Assembly: GCA_002189035.1 (NCBI GenBank)
Contig: NEEC01000008.1
Location: 1,922,001-1,986,000, forward strand
From: Utricularia gibba
Taxonomy: Eukaryota > Plantae > Magnoliophyta
Direction of reading: 5' to 3'
DNA: 64,000 nt
Positions 38,876-49,737 of this stretch are shown here, piece after piece (position 1 is the stretch's first letter; each line of letters starts with the position of its first letter). The translations under genes were made by a program, and so were the position numbers. Below the pieces are notes generated by a model. It saw only the letters and a list, made by a program, of their open reading frames with translations. It was not told the origin of the DNA and did no database searches.

Positions 38876-39132
38876 GGACACAGATTCTCAATATGTCTCT
38901 GCTTTTACCAACTTTTTCTCTTTGAGAACCCCATCACCAAGTAGCCCTGAAAGCTAAAGGAGAAAAGGGCAATGAGCTCAGGCAAGAAAGAAGACACCCT
39001 TGTATCACAAGAGATGAAAGCGTAAGATTCAGCTAGTGAGGGTGCCTTCACAGCTAAGGATTCTTCTTAGGAGAACAAAAAAGAGACTACTGAAAGAGAT
39101 GACACAGACACAGATCAAAAACCACGCCCCCC

Positions 39133-39154
39133 CTCTCTCTCTCTCTCTCTCTCT
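39133..39154. repeat. (CT)11 microsatellite / GAGA tract upstream of the bHLH gene
   Basis: Direct reading; lies about 260 bp upstream of the bHLH ATG. Confidence 0.9.
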
Positions 39155-41055
39155 CAAGATTGCACACCTTGTCCCTTTAGCAGCTGTCGGAATATTATTC
39201 TTAGATTACGTGATAGATTCTATTTTTTCGAATACCCGAAAACAGTAAAGGAACAAGGCCTCTGACTCATGGCCTCTTCACTTTTCCTCACCAAATATTT
39301 GGCTACCTCTTCAAGCTCATCTCCCCCCAACCGGTTCGAACCGGAGCAAACAACCAGACAAAGACAGACAGACAAACAAACTCTCTCGTGCATCACCTGA
39401 AGATTAGTTGTTGGATCCCATGATTTCCATTGAGCGAGATGACCAAACCAAAGGAGAGGAGACGGATTCTCCCAAGCCCTCTACAGCAGTCGCACGCCAT
39501 GGAAATAAAAAAGCCTATCTTGTGACAAGAGAATAATAATCTAAGGGCAGCAGAGCAGAACACAATTTTACTCTAGCATGGTCCTCCTCCTCCTCTTCAG
39601 CAGCTTTTAGCTTTCTTTTCTTTTGAGTTATATAAAGTATATTTAATTCGACTGTTACTCACCAAAGTAGCAGCGCAAAAGATGTATTCTTTTCATATGA
39701 ATCATGTCCAGAGATGCATCCATCGACATTCGACACCGAACCTTACCGTGTTTACAAAAGGTAATTTGGATAGATGATTTTAGTGAACAAATCCACGTGT
39801 GTTCTGCATCCGTACATTCATGACTAGTAGGAGTGGAACATTAGTCCTGTGCTGCTGCTTGTACAAATACAACAAGAAACTTTGAAAAAAAAATAGGATT
39901 ATTATAACAAATAATATCACATTGAAAAATTAAAATAAAATAATTAAATATATAAAAAATATAAATCACTAGTAATAGATTGAATTAAATCTTTTCTAAT
40001 ATGATTTATATTTATTGTTTATAGTAATACATGCAATCTTTAATTTCAAGCACATCGTACTCTTGGTGCACGTATCACTTGATATTTGAGCAGTTCGCGG
40101 CCCATGGGAGAAGAACCGAGTCTAGATATTGGGCTTTGGGCCCAAAAGGCTCAAATATATTGAATTTGCAAACCGGACGATCCACTCTCTGAGTTTTTTT
40201 AATTAATTAAAAGAATAAAACTAAAAAATATTTAAATAAACTGAGAAATAAAATAAACGGACTTCCCAAAATATGTATTCGTCCACGTCTCCATTTCGCC
40301 AAAACGCGGAATATTTTAAATATATAAATAAGAGAAAATATGTGTGGTTTTCCTGGAATTTTTTTTGCTCTTTATGGGCCAGATAGTCTCCTCCTCTGCA
40401 CCCAACTCCTCCCCTGGTTCCACTGTCTCGCTTTCTTGCTCAAAATCTGGTCCGAGAAGTTTCAGATGGTTTTGTTTTTCGTTTGCAAGTTTCTATATCT
40501 CCTGTTCTGAGTGAAATCCTCAGCTCTGGTTTTATGCTACACTCCTCCCTCTACGTGGGAACCATCTTGTTCAATCCTTCAACGTTGTTTTTCTCTACTG
40601 GTTCTATGTCAATAGTTCCTATGGAATAAAGCCATTGGTTTTCAAGGACTTGCAGATTCAGGGGAAAGCTAAGTGAAACGATACGATGAGGGCACCAAGA
40701 ACACCTAGAACGACAACATAATCAACAGTATGGAACTAAAGATTCATCTGTGCAAACATGAAGACAGATGAAACTCGTCAAATCTCCATACGCGCTTGGA
40801 GTCTGTGTTATGCTGGCTATAAAACTCCTCCGAAAGTATCCAAAGCGAATGTGATTTGAAAAGAACTGCTATAGGTAGGCTATAGATACCTCACATTTAA
40901 ACCAGAAACGCAGCAAAGTCAACCATTACATGAACATACGACACCAAGCCATAAGTTTTGAGAATAGGAAACATGGAGAGATTGACTGATAGTGTTCTCA
41001 TTATTCACTACCAACAACATAACAAACTACTATATGGCTTAATTCAGTAGCAATC

Positions 41056-42002
41056 TCAAGCTACGACGGCACCGTACTCTACTACCTTTGCCAGCAATTC
41101 CTCCTTGCGTGCACCAACAATCCTATGGATTTCAGCCCCCTCCTTGAAGAACACGAAGGTTGGCATGGCATTCACTTTGTGTTCTTGAGCAACAGCCTGT
41201 GGATGGAAAAAGAATTCACGAGATGAATTAGTGCAATCGACAGCAACAAGGATGGAATCACACAGTGGCTTGGAAACTGGTTGCTTACACTGAGCTCATC
41301 AACATCAACCTTGAGAAATAGAACATGGGGTGTCTTCTTGGCGATGTCAGCTAGAATAGGAGCGATGAAACGGCAAGGCCCGCACCATGAAGCAGTGAAA
41401 TCCACCACGATCTGAGAACCAAGTTTTTGGTTATTAACATGCCAAGGAATCACTCTTAACTCGTCAGAATCAAAATTGTACTAGCACGCTGGATAAGAAT
41501 TACTCTAAAGAGGATCCTTTATCATACATAAGTCACTCAAGCAGAGATGAGCCATAAACCAGATAGATATAAGGATCAAAGATCGAAACGTGAACGGCTA
41601 CAGTTACTCCCAAATCAGGGCTCATCACAGATGCAAAATAAGGGACTCGGAATCAGAGTACCCTGTCGATTCTGGCCAAAAACTTCAAACATCCAGGACA
41701 ACAAACAACGAAGCCACAAACATCAACGAACAAGATGGTGGAATCAGAAAATAGAAAAGCACATTCTTCGCACAAAACCTAATCCGATACCCAAAACAGT
41801 GTTAAAAAGCAAAAACTTAGCCATCGAATTTCGCCGATTTCAGAAAAAAGAAAACACAGCAGCAGAATCAAAAACACGAGAGAAGCCAGCAATTCAAACT
41901 CACCAACTTGAAAGCCTCAGCACCCTTCCTCAATTGCTCACCCCACTCCTCCACCGTGTGAACACCAATCACCTGCCCCACTGGTCCCTCTTCAGAAGCC
42001 AT
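41056..42002 (-). CDS. TRXh: Thioredoxin h
   Basis: Three exons: [20 protein letters not shown]..; [28 protein letters not shown]; [20 protein letters not shown]. Active site WCGPC. Confidence 0.95.
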
Positions 42003-43292
42003 TTCTACACCAGAAAACCCGCTACGCACAACCCCTTTCACTACGCGTACGATGTAAGCAAGGCGAACATCGCAGAGGGAGTTTTATAGACCCCCGCGAG
42101 GCGATGAGATGACCAAAACACCCATCTTATCCACTACATTTACGAATCATACCATGAAACACACGGAGACGATGACCCCTCCGGGGGCGGAGGCCCCGGT
42201 CAAAGTCAAAGTGAATCCATGTCACTTACTTCTCCACGTAAACGGTGGAGATTGAAAGACAAAATGACCGGAGGAGAATAATCCGAAAAATCAAATAAAT
42301 AAAAATGCAGGGAATATAATTCCAAAAATCTCACTTAGGAAGATTCCAGTGCATCATATCAACACCTCCCTTATCTTGATACACACTAACACCTTTCTCA
42401 AAGGCATCATTTCCCCACTCTTACATCTTTTTTTCACGATTTTACGTTATTTCATATTTAGAATACATGATATTTCAATCAATTACGTATTTAAATTATT
42501 TTCTATATTATAGTATTATAATTGAAAATGTGTATGGTTGATATGTTTGGTTAAAATTTTTAATTATATAAACTGGGTAAAATAATTAGAAATAGAATAT
42601 TCTATTACTAGAATGTGTAGACAGCAGCATTGTGATGGTTCGCATCCGGCGACTGGATATTACAATCAATCAACCTTCTGATTTGATGTAATTGTAGGGA
42701 CAACCGCCGGCTCCATTTGTCCGTTCGCTACAGCATCCGCATGGCGCAGCATGGGCTGGCACATTTTTTTACACTTGTCCAAAAAGCGATTTCATCGAGT
42801 TCTTCTCTCGCACATGCGAATTGGAGCTTCAGTGATGGAGCAGATAAAGGGAGTTCCTTGGGAGGAGTATTTGGGTGGGCTAGAGATGTAGGCGCCCCTG
42901 ACGTGAGGGATGATGAGAGGAGAAGCTTGGGGCATTAATGCTGCTGCTAAACTACTCTGTTTAGTCGTCTACTGAGAAGAAAAGGTTTTGTTTTTGGTTC
43001 CTGGGGAATGGAGATGAAGCAGATGTAGACGATTTGTACACTGCCACCTCTCTGTCTTCATATTTTCATGCTTACCCTTTCCTTTGCATCGCCCCGGAAT
43101 CATGTCTTGATCCAAAAAATATGAATTTGTAAATGAATGAAGTTACGATATAATCTAGCCATGGTGTACTGCCAAGTATCCATGGAATTCAGCAAATTCT
43201 GACACGTGCACTTCCCCTTCTTTCTATAAATCCATCCCCAGGATTGTAATAAACTTTGCCGGATTACAGTAACAGACAAGGGAAAGAAAGAA

Positions 43293-43915
43293 ATGCTGAA
43301 TTCGGTGGAGGACAAGAGGATCAGGAAGCTTGCGCAGGCGAGTTCGAGGAAGGGGTGTATGAGAGGCAAAGGTGGCCCGGAGAACGCTTTATGTACATAC
43401 AAAGGGGTGAGGCAGCGCACCTGGGGGAAATGGGTAGCCGAGATCCGTGAGCCCAACCGGGGGTCCCGTGTCTGGCTCGGCACTTTCGACACGGCCTACG
43501 ACGCTGCCGTCGCCTACGACGCGGCTGCGCGCAAGCTTTACGGGCCCGAGGCGAAGGTTAATCTGCCGGAGCTGTATGAGGACGGGGGGGCTGTTTATGT
43601 GAATCCAGACCAAGCTTCGGTGAACCACGGAGGCGGCGGTGGGATTCTCCGGTGTTTTCGTTTTCGCCGGAGGAGATGATGTCAGTGCAGGATAGCTTAA
43701 GCAGCAGCAGTGGTGGTGGTAGTGGAGAATATGTGAACTGTAGTGGGATTTTGCGGAGCTTGAATATGAGCCTTCCTGAAGTGGATGACTCCTATTTGTG
43801 GGCTGAAGCTGCGAAAGGTACCTCTTTTGGGATTGTGCATGACCCAGGTGCATTTGCGAGCTCCTTGGATTGCTTCAAGGACAACAATGGCGTCACCTTT
43901 CCATGGCTATACTGA
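43293..43915 (+). CDS. DREB2-type AP2/ERF transcription factor (DREB2D-like), apparent frameshift after the AP2 domain
   Basis: [19 protein letters not shown]2 motif and AP2 domain [20 protein letters not shown] with V14/E19. The acidic C-terminus ([26 protein letters not shown]) is in a different frame. Confidence 0.83.
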
Positions 43916-44217
43916 TCACCAGATCCTTTTTACAGTGCCAATGGCGCACTCGGGATTTGGTCCGAGTCAAGTTAGTAATAGAAAGCAAATTAGTATTGAG
44001 AAGGGCACCATATTGCTTGTGTTTGTGTATCTCCTGTATATAAAAAATGCAGCCATGTACCATAAATTGTAGCATGTAATGAGGAGGCGAGGTGAACAGA
44101 ATCATATGCAGTAGTCACAAAATTCCTAAACTTTTTGTCATCACATACTGGTACAGCACTGAAGATAACGTTCCTCCTCTATAATTCACAATGCAGTATA
44201 CAGGAAAAGGAGTTTGT

Positions 44218-45723
44218 TCATTCCGAACCTGTCTCTTCAACAGATTTCTTGTACTCTGGTTTAAGCTCATACGTACCTTGGTTTGCACCCCTTTTGTTGT
44301 ACACACACAGGTCATTCAAAATCTCCTTCAAAAATTGCTGCAAAGCGATAGAGATGAATGTAAGTCATGCGAGCTCGATGAGTTCAAGCACAGAGACAAC
44401 TTTTTTATGTCCCAAATTGATGATTCGGCAAATATATATACATAAATAAAAGAAATGATGAGAGGGGTTACAGCAGGTTGATCAGTCTCTTGAACCAGTT
44501 GCTTCAGTGCCCAGTTGGGTTGTCGTTCAAAAAGCTTAAACATGGTATCTTCCAGCTCCGCACGATCCCTCCTAGTTCTTTTCACTTCAGGTCCCTTCAC
44601 CGGAGTTGTCTTCTTTTTCTCCTGTAAACCAAAGTACACTTCTAAACTGAATACCATGGACAAAGAGGGGACCAAAGGATAAGCATATAGCATGGGTAAC
44701 ATGAAGTCCCTTCAGATAGCCATTCAAAACTAGATAGGAAAAAAGTCGTATAGCACAACAAACTGGTCAAATGAAATCTCCTCAGGTTAGAGGAATGACA
44801 CAGCCTTTAATCAAATGTGACCGCGCATCGTACGGGTTTGAGAAACAAAGATCAGACAGCCTAAGCCTACTTGTAAAAGCATCACATAGTGCAGATGCAA
44901 GATGTCATTCATAATATTTTTCCATTTTACAAGGAAAGAATAGGAGTGCTTTTGAAAACATCTACCTTGGACGTAGATGAAATCAAACCCATCATTCCAG
45001 GCCTCATGAGGACACCTCGATCACTTTCAATAAGCTGATGACGTACAAAAAGAAAGACGACAGGATTGTAAAATTAATTCGGCCGGCCCAATTTCAGAAG
45101 AGCTTCACGAGCACAACCTGAATTTGCCTGGTTTTGACCATAGATTTATTTGTTCTTTCACGGCACATTTTCCTGTATTCTTCAATGTTTTTGTGATGCG
45201 GCTTCATGTCAAATTTGTGCTCAACCTTTCCCTCTATCGCCAATCCACCTATAAACATAAAAATCACCAGATAATTCCCAGAAAAGGCACGAGACAAAAA
45301 GTTACAACCAAAAATTGAAACTTTGAAAAATTCACCCTGATTCGTCTCTGAGAAAACAGACATCGGCACAAAATCATTGAACATATTCAAAGAGTAACTC
45401 TTAGGCATCTGCAGAGTCTCATTCCCAGCCATCTCCATAGTGAACTGCGGCACATTGATATTTAGGACAAACCAAATTACCCTAATTCAACAATTTCAAC
45501 TTCATAGCATCTTGGTCAAGAAATTTACTTGCAGCGTCGGTTGATCCTCCGTTCGGAGAGGGTCTAGTGCCACGATGACTTTAGCGACGGGCGCTACATC
45601 ATCGGCCTCCGCTGAGGCCTGCCACGCCTTGGCCACCACCGGGGGACACTTCATAAGCCACACGGATCGCTCGGCCTTAGACGCGTCTACAGCAGTCGCA
45701 TCGTTGGAGTAATCATCTTCCAT
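44218..45723 (-). CDS. General transcription factor IIF beta subunit (RAP30)
   Basis: KAERSVWLMKCPPVVAKAW, EGKVEHKFDMKP, MFKLFERQPNWALKQLVQETDQPA-QFLKEILNDLCVYNKRG. Six exons. Confidence 0.92.
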
Positions 45724-45963
45724 GGACGATAAGTTAAAAGTTCGACTGTTAAACCCTGCTTGTTTCCAGATTATCCCTCCTCGGCGATCTTGGCGAGCTG
45801 TCCGAAATCTACACGAAAATGCGGAAAACAAGTGACTTTTGACTCCGTTACACCAAGGTCATGCTGGTGTACCGGGCCGGGTCGCCGGATCTGCAAGTTT
45901 TCAGGGCTTGGCAATAGTAGTTGTAAATGTCAAGTAAATTTGAATTTTATCGTAATTCCAACA

Positions 45964-46036
45964 TCCGTTGTAGTCTAGTTGGTTAGGATACTCGGCTCTC
46001 ACCCGAGAGACCCGGGTTCGAGTCCCGGCAACGGAA
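45964..46036 (+). tRNA. tRNA-Glu (CTC)
   Basis: TCCGTTGTAGTCTAGTTGGTTAGGATACTCGGCTCTCACCCGAGAGACCCGGGTTCGAGTCCCGGCAACGGAA; anticodon CTC; immediately followed by a T-run. Confidence 0.97.
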
Positions 46037-46440
46037 TTTTTTTGTTTTAACTAATAGTTGTTTTATTAGTCAACAGAGTCTCTCTCTTTTTTGTCTTTGA
46101 ATTACACGGTTACTTTGGGCCTTTCGGGATTAGACACCCTGGCACAGCAAGACGTATGCTGAGTGTGCTTGTAAAGGATACAGGTGCAAGTTGCAACGAG
46201 CCAGGCCCCATAAGAGCCTTTAGAAAACAGTATACCTCTGCTTTAGGGCAGATGAAGTTTGCATCCACAACTTATTCATCCCACGTCAAACGTATCATCA
46301 ACAATTTATACCCACACACACTCAGATTCTCAGGCACCAATGAGGCACAAGTATAACTTGAACCTAGATAAACAGCATTGCAGCACAACAGCGGCAACGG
46401 AAGGGTGCATGTCAACCAAAATCCACTGAATGAACCTTTT

Positions 46441-47549
46441 TTAATCAGCTCTTGACTGACCAGCACGAGATGAGAGGATGATGCCCACGATCAGTCCATA
46501 GAGAGCGAGTGCTTCGGCAAAAATAAGGATGAGGATCATCCCAACGAACAGCTTTGGCTGCTGTGCATTCGCTCTGCAATACAAAAATAGGAAGGAGGAT
46601 GTAAGAAAATGCAATACATTTAGGTACCTCAAAATGCTCAACTCCACACCACAGGGGCAATTGGGTTGAGGTACTTAGATTCTACACTAGTCCATCCGAG
46701 CTTTGGCTCGGGTGTTCCCAAGTCAAAAAGGAAAAGATAAGACACTCTTCGATGAGAATTCCACAAGGTATTTATGTAAATCTAATTGAAATAAGGGAAT
46801 TCAAACAGATGAATCATGATCTGCAAACTACGATCACACCTGTGTAACACAACATCTTCAACACAAAAACACAAGCAGAGTCATCTGTTCAACTAGCTCA
46901 ATAATCAAGACTGAAACTTTTCGATCTAATCTGTCTTCAAAAAAACCCCAAGAAGAAGAAATCACCAAAACTATTCCAGCATACCCACGAAATCAATGGT
47001 TTACTACAGTACTGATTGTTATCACATAAAACCTTTCTAAACTTTCAAGGTAACAACCAAGGGAGCCTCAACATGCCCATAAAACCTCACCTAACGCCAG
47101 CATCACCAACGATTCCAATTGCCATACCAGCAGCGAGACCAGCCAGACCACACGCAAGTCCAGACGAAAGATGAGCATAGCCATCAAACAAGTAGTACGA
47201 TTTCGCCTTTGGGTTAATCCCAGTACTGATGATCACAGCGATAATCAGCCCATAAATACCCAAAACACCAGCCATGACCACCGGAACAATAGACTTCATC
47301 ACCAGCTCAGGCCGCATGACACCCATGGACGCCACTCCGACACCGCTCTTTGCCGTGCCGTACGCCGCCCCCATACCTACAAAAAACCAGAATCATCATC
47401 AATCTTACGAAACCAACCTCCTCTCTCGAAAAATGCAGCTCTGATCGGCACAAAGGAACCGGATAATCACAAGAAAAGACGAGCGCCGCTGCGGCGCCGA
47501 GGAAACCAAAGAACGGCGCCGTTTCATCCCCGCTGAAGGTCGACGACAT
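46441..47549 (-). CDS. VHA-c: V-type H+-ATPase 16-kDa proteolipid subunit c
   Basis: [70 protein letters not shown] with the conserved proton-carrying Glu. Three exons. Confidence 0.97.
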
Positions 47550-47729
47550 TCTTGATGGTATCGGACAGTTTCAGCTTCCCCCGAGATCGGATCTGCAGAG
47601 AACGCCAACTAGAGGCTGCGCGTGTTTTCGACTCGCACCGTGGCGTTTATCCTTCTTCCCAAATTTAATCCATTTATTTATCTTTCTTGAGCCCGCACTC
47701 AAAAGGGTCGGGTTCGGATCTCGTGTGGG

Positions 47730-47795
47730 TCGCGGGCCAAACTCGTTTATAAAACTTATTTCTGGGCTTCCGTATATGGGCCTACCGTGGGCCGT
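47730..47795. promoter_or_regulatory. Site II (TGGGCY) cluster in the short divergent VHA-c / methyltransferase promoter
   Basis: TGGGCT and two TGGGCC within about 35 bp, plus CGGGCC; the two ATGs are about 530 bp apart head-to-head. Confidence 0.5.
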
Positions 47796-48081
47796 TCCCT
47801 TGTTGGTCTTAGTGTTTTACTGATTAAAAAATATGGTTTTTTTTTTAATAAATCACCTGGTAATACTTGAACTAACAAGCGTTGTTAGTAGTTGCGCAGT
47901 TATTTGTCTTGTCTGAATCATTAGGCCATCCTGCGATCAAATGCCCATTGTTGGCTACTTCCCCATTTGCCGACTCATCGGCCTAAGAATCTGGAATCTC
48001 TAAAGTCGCCAGTGTCACATGGCGGCGTAGTCTCCAGAATCCGTTCAACTGTGCTTCTGCAACTCCAAGCACGAGAGGCAA

Positions 48082-49320
48082 ATGGGTTCTGTGAGTCTCA
48101 AGGTTGGGGATGGAACAGCAAGATTCAGGAGAGGGTCTTTGTGTTCTTCGGGTTTGAATCTCGTTATGGTATTCTCGGTCATCGTTACCAATGCTTTCGC
48201 TTTATATGCTTTCACGTACCAATCAAAAAGTGCAAACAATCCCAAGAGCATTTCTGTGATCTCAGAAAAGGTGAGTTTAATCCTTAGAGAGATTGAATCT
48301 TCTCAAAAGAAACTATACCAGATGGAGAAAGAGGTATTGGGTTATGAAAGCATCGATCTTTCCAAACCCAATGTCCCAAGTGAGCTCAAAAGCTTCCTCA
48401 ACCGACACCCGCTTCCACTGGGGAAAGATTCGCGATCTGGGCTCACTGAAATGGTTGCATCTGTTGGGCATTCTTGCGGGAGGTATATGGATTTGTTGTC
48501 CCAATTTATGGGGTATAAACTTAATGGGTTGTGCCCTGATGACTGGAGTCTTGCCCAAAAACTGATCCTTCAAGGTTGCGAGCCCCTACCCCGAAGAAGG
48601 TGCTTTGCTAGGACAGTGCCGAAGGTGGGTATCCAGCCATTTCCTGCTTCGCTTTGGAGCAATGTCAGTGAAAATATTTACACTTGGTCCGGTTTAGGAT
48701 GCAGGAATCTTGCCTGCTTGAATGCTAAGAAATTGAATAGGGATTGCGCCGGCTGTTTTGATATAACTAAAGGCAATGAAAGAGTAAGATATGTTAACGC
48801 TCGAAGCAAGAATGACTTCCTTATCCACGATGTGTTGGCGTTGGGGACTGGTGGGATTAGGATTGGTTTTGATATTGGTGGTGGCTCTGGTACTTTTGCA
48901 GCCAGGATGGCTGAGAGAAATGTAACTGTCGTAACTGCTACTTTGAATTTGGATGCTCCATTCAATGATTTCATTGCTGCAAGAGGTCTATTCCCTTTGT
49001 ATTTTACCGTGGATCAAAGATTTCCCTTTTACAACAATGTGTTTGATTTGGTTCATGCTGCCAATTCACTTGATGTCGGTGGTAGACCTGAAAAACTGGA
49101 GTTTCTTTTGTTTGACATTGACCGTGTGCTTAGAGCTGGTGGCCTGTTTTGGCTGGACAATTTCCTGTGCTTGACTGATGACAAGCGACGAGCTTTAACA
49201 CAGTTGATTGAACGATTCGGGTATAAGAAGCTCAAGTGGGTTGTGGGGGAGAAAACCAATGGTGCTGGCAAGCAAGAAGTATACTTATCTGCTGTTCTTC
49301 AGAAACCAGTAAGGGTGTAG
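48082..49320 (+). CDS. Membrane-anchored SAM-dependent methyltransferase (Methyltransf_29/DUF248-like)
   Basis: Intronless 412 aa; N-terminal TM helix; GCEPLPRRRC; SAM-binding FDIGGGSGTFAARM; FDIDRVLRAGGLFWLD. Confidence 0.88.
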   Translation: MGSVSLKVGDGTARFRRGSLCSSGLNLVMVFSVIVTNAFALYAFTYQSKSANNPKSISVISEKVSLILREIESSQKKLYQMEKEVLGYESIDLSKPNVPSELKSFLNRHPLPLGKDSRSGLTEMVASVGHSCGRYMDLLSQFMGYKLNGLCPDDWSLAQKLILQGCEPLPRRRCFARTVPKVGIQPFPASLWSNVSENIYTWSGLGCRNLACLNAKKLNRDCAGCFDITKGNERVRYVNARSKNDFLIHDVLALGTGGIRIGFDIGGGSGTFAARMAERNVTVVTATLNLDAPFNDFIAARGLFPLYFTVDQRFPFYNNVFDLVHAANSLDVGGRPEKLEFLLFDIDRVLRAGGLFWLDNFLCLTDDKRRALTQLIERFGYKKLKWVVGEKTNGAGKQEVYLSAVLQKPVRV

Positions 49321-49737
49321 AGCAAATGAAAATCCGCAGTGATGCAAAGGGGCTGTGTCCAAGTATATTATTTCCTAAAGCATTTCAAATCCTGTGCATG
49401 TTCCTGTTTTTAGCTCCACTGAGCACCGTATATGCATATCATTCAATGTCTTTTTTCCAATGCAAGTTTGAAGTTTCAACAAAGCCAAATGACAAAGGTA
49501 TCACACGGTCAGTGGTTTTACTTAGTACAGGATCTGGGAAGTTTGATGCCTAGAGAGCTACTACACTCAAAATAGTTCCACTTCAGGATGATCATCTCAC
49601 TCTGCAAACTTGATTCTGAAACCAAATACATGGAATGACCTTACTGTAATTACTTGTGTTACAACAATGCCACTATGGAGTTGGCAGCAGATCTTTGCGT
49701 CCGCTTGGAGACGAAGGATTGTGCTTCCTCCTGATCA

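Noticed and set aside
41547-42089. 180-aa plus-strand ORF over thioredoxin intron 1
   Set aside because: Antisense to a T-rich intron, which produces K/N/Q-rich stop-poor frames.
46700-46725. Small hairpin CCGAGC-TTTG-GCTCGG in VHA-c intron 2
   Set aside because: Too short for a miRNA precursor and no snoRNA C/D or H/ACA boxes seen around it.
7224-49320. CYP + KCS + methyltransferase as a biosynthetic gene cluster
   Set aside because: They are far apart, interleaved with housekeeping genes, and belong to conserved primary or hormone metabolism families.
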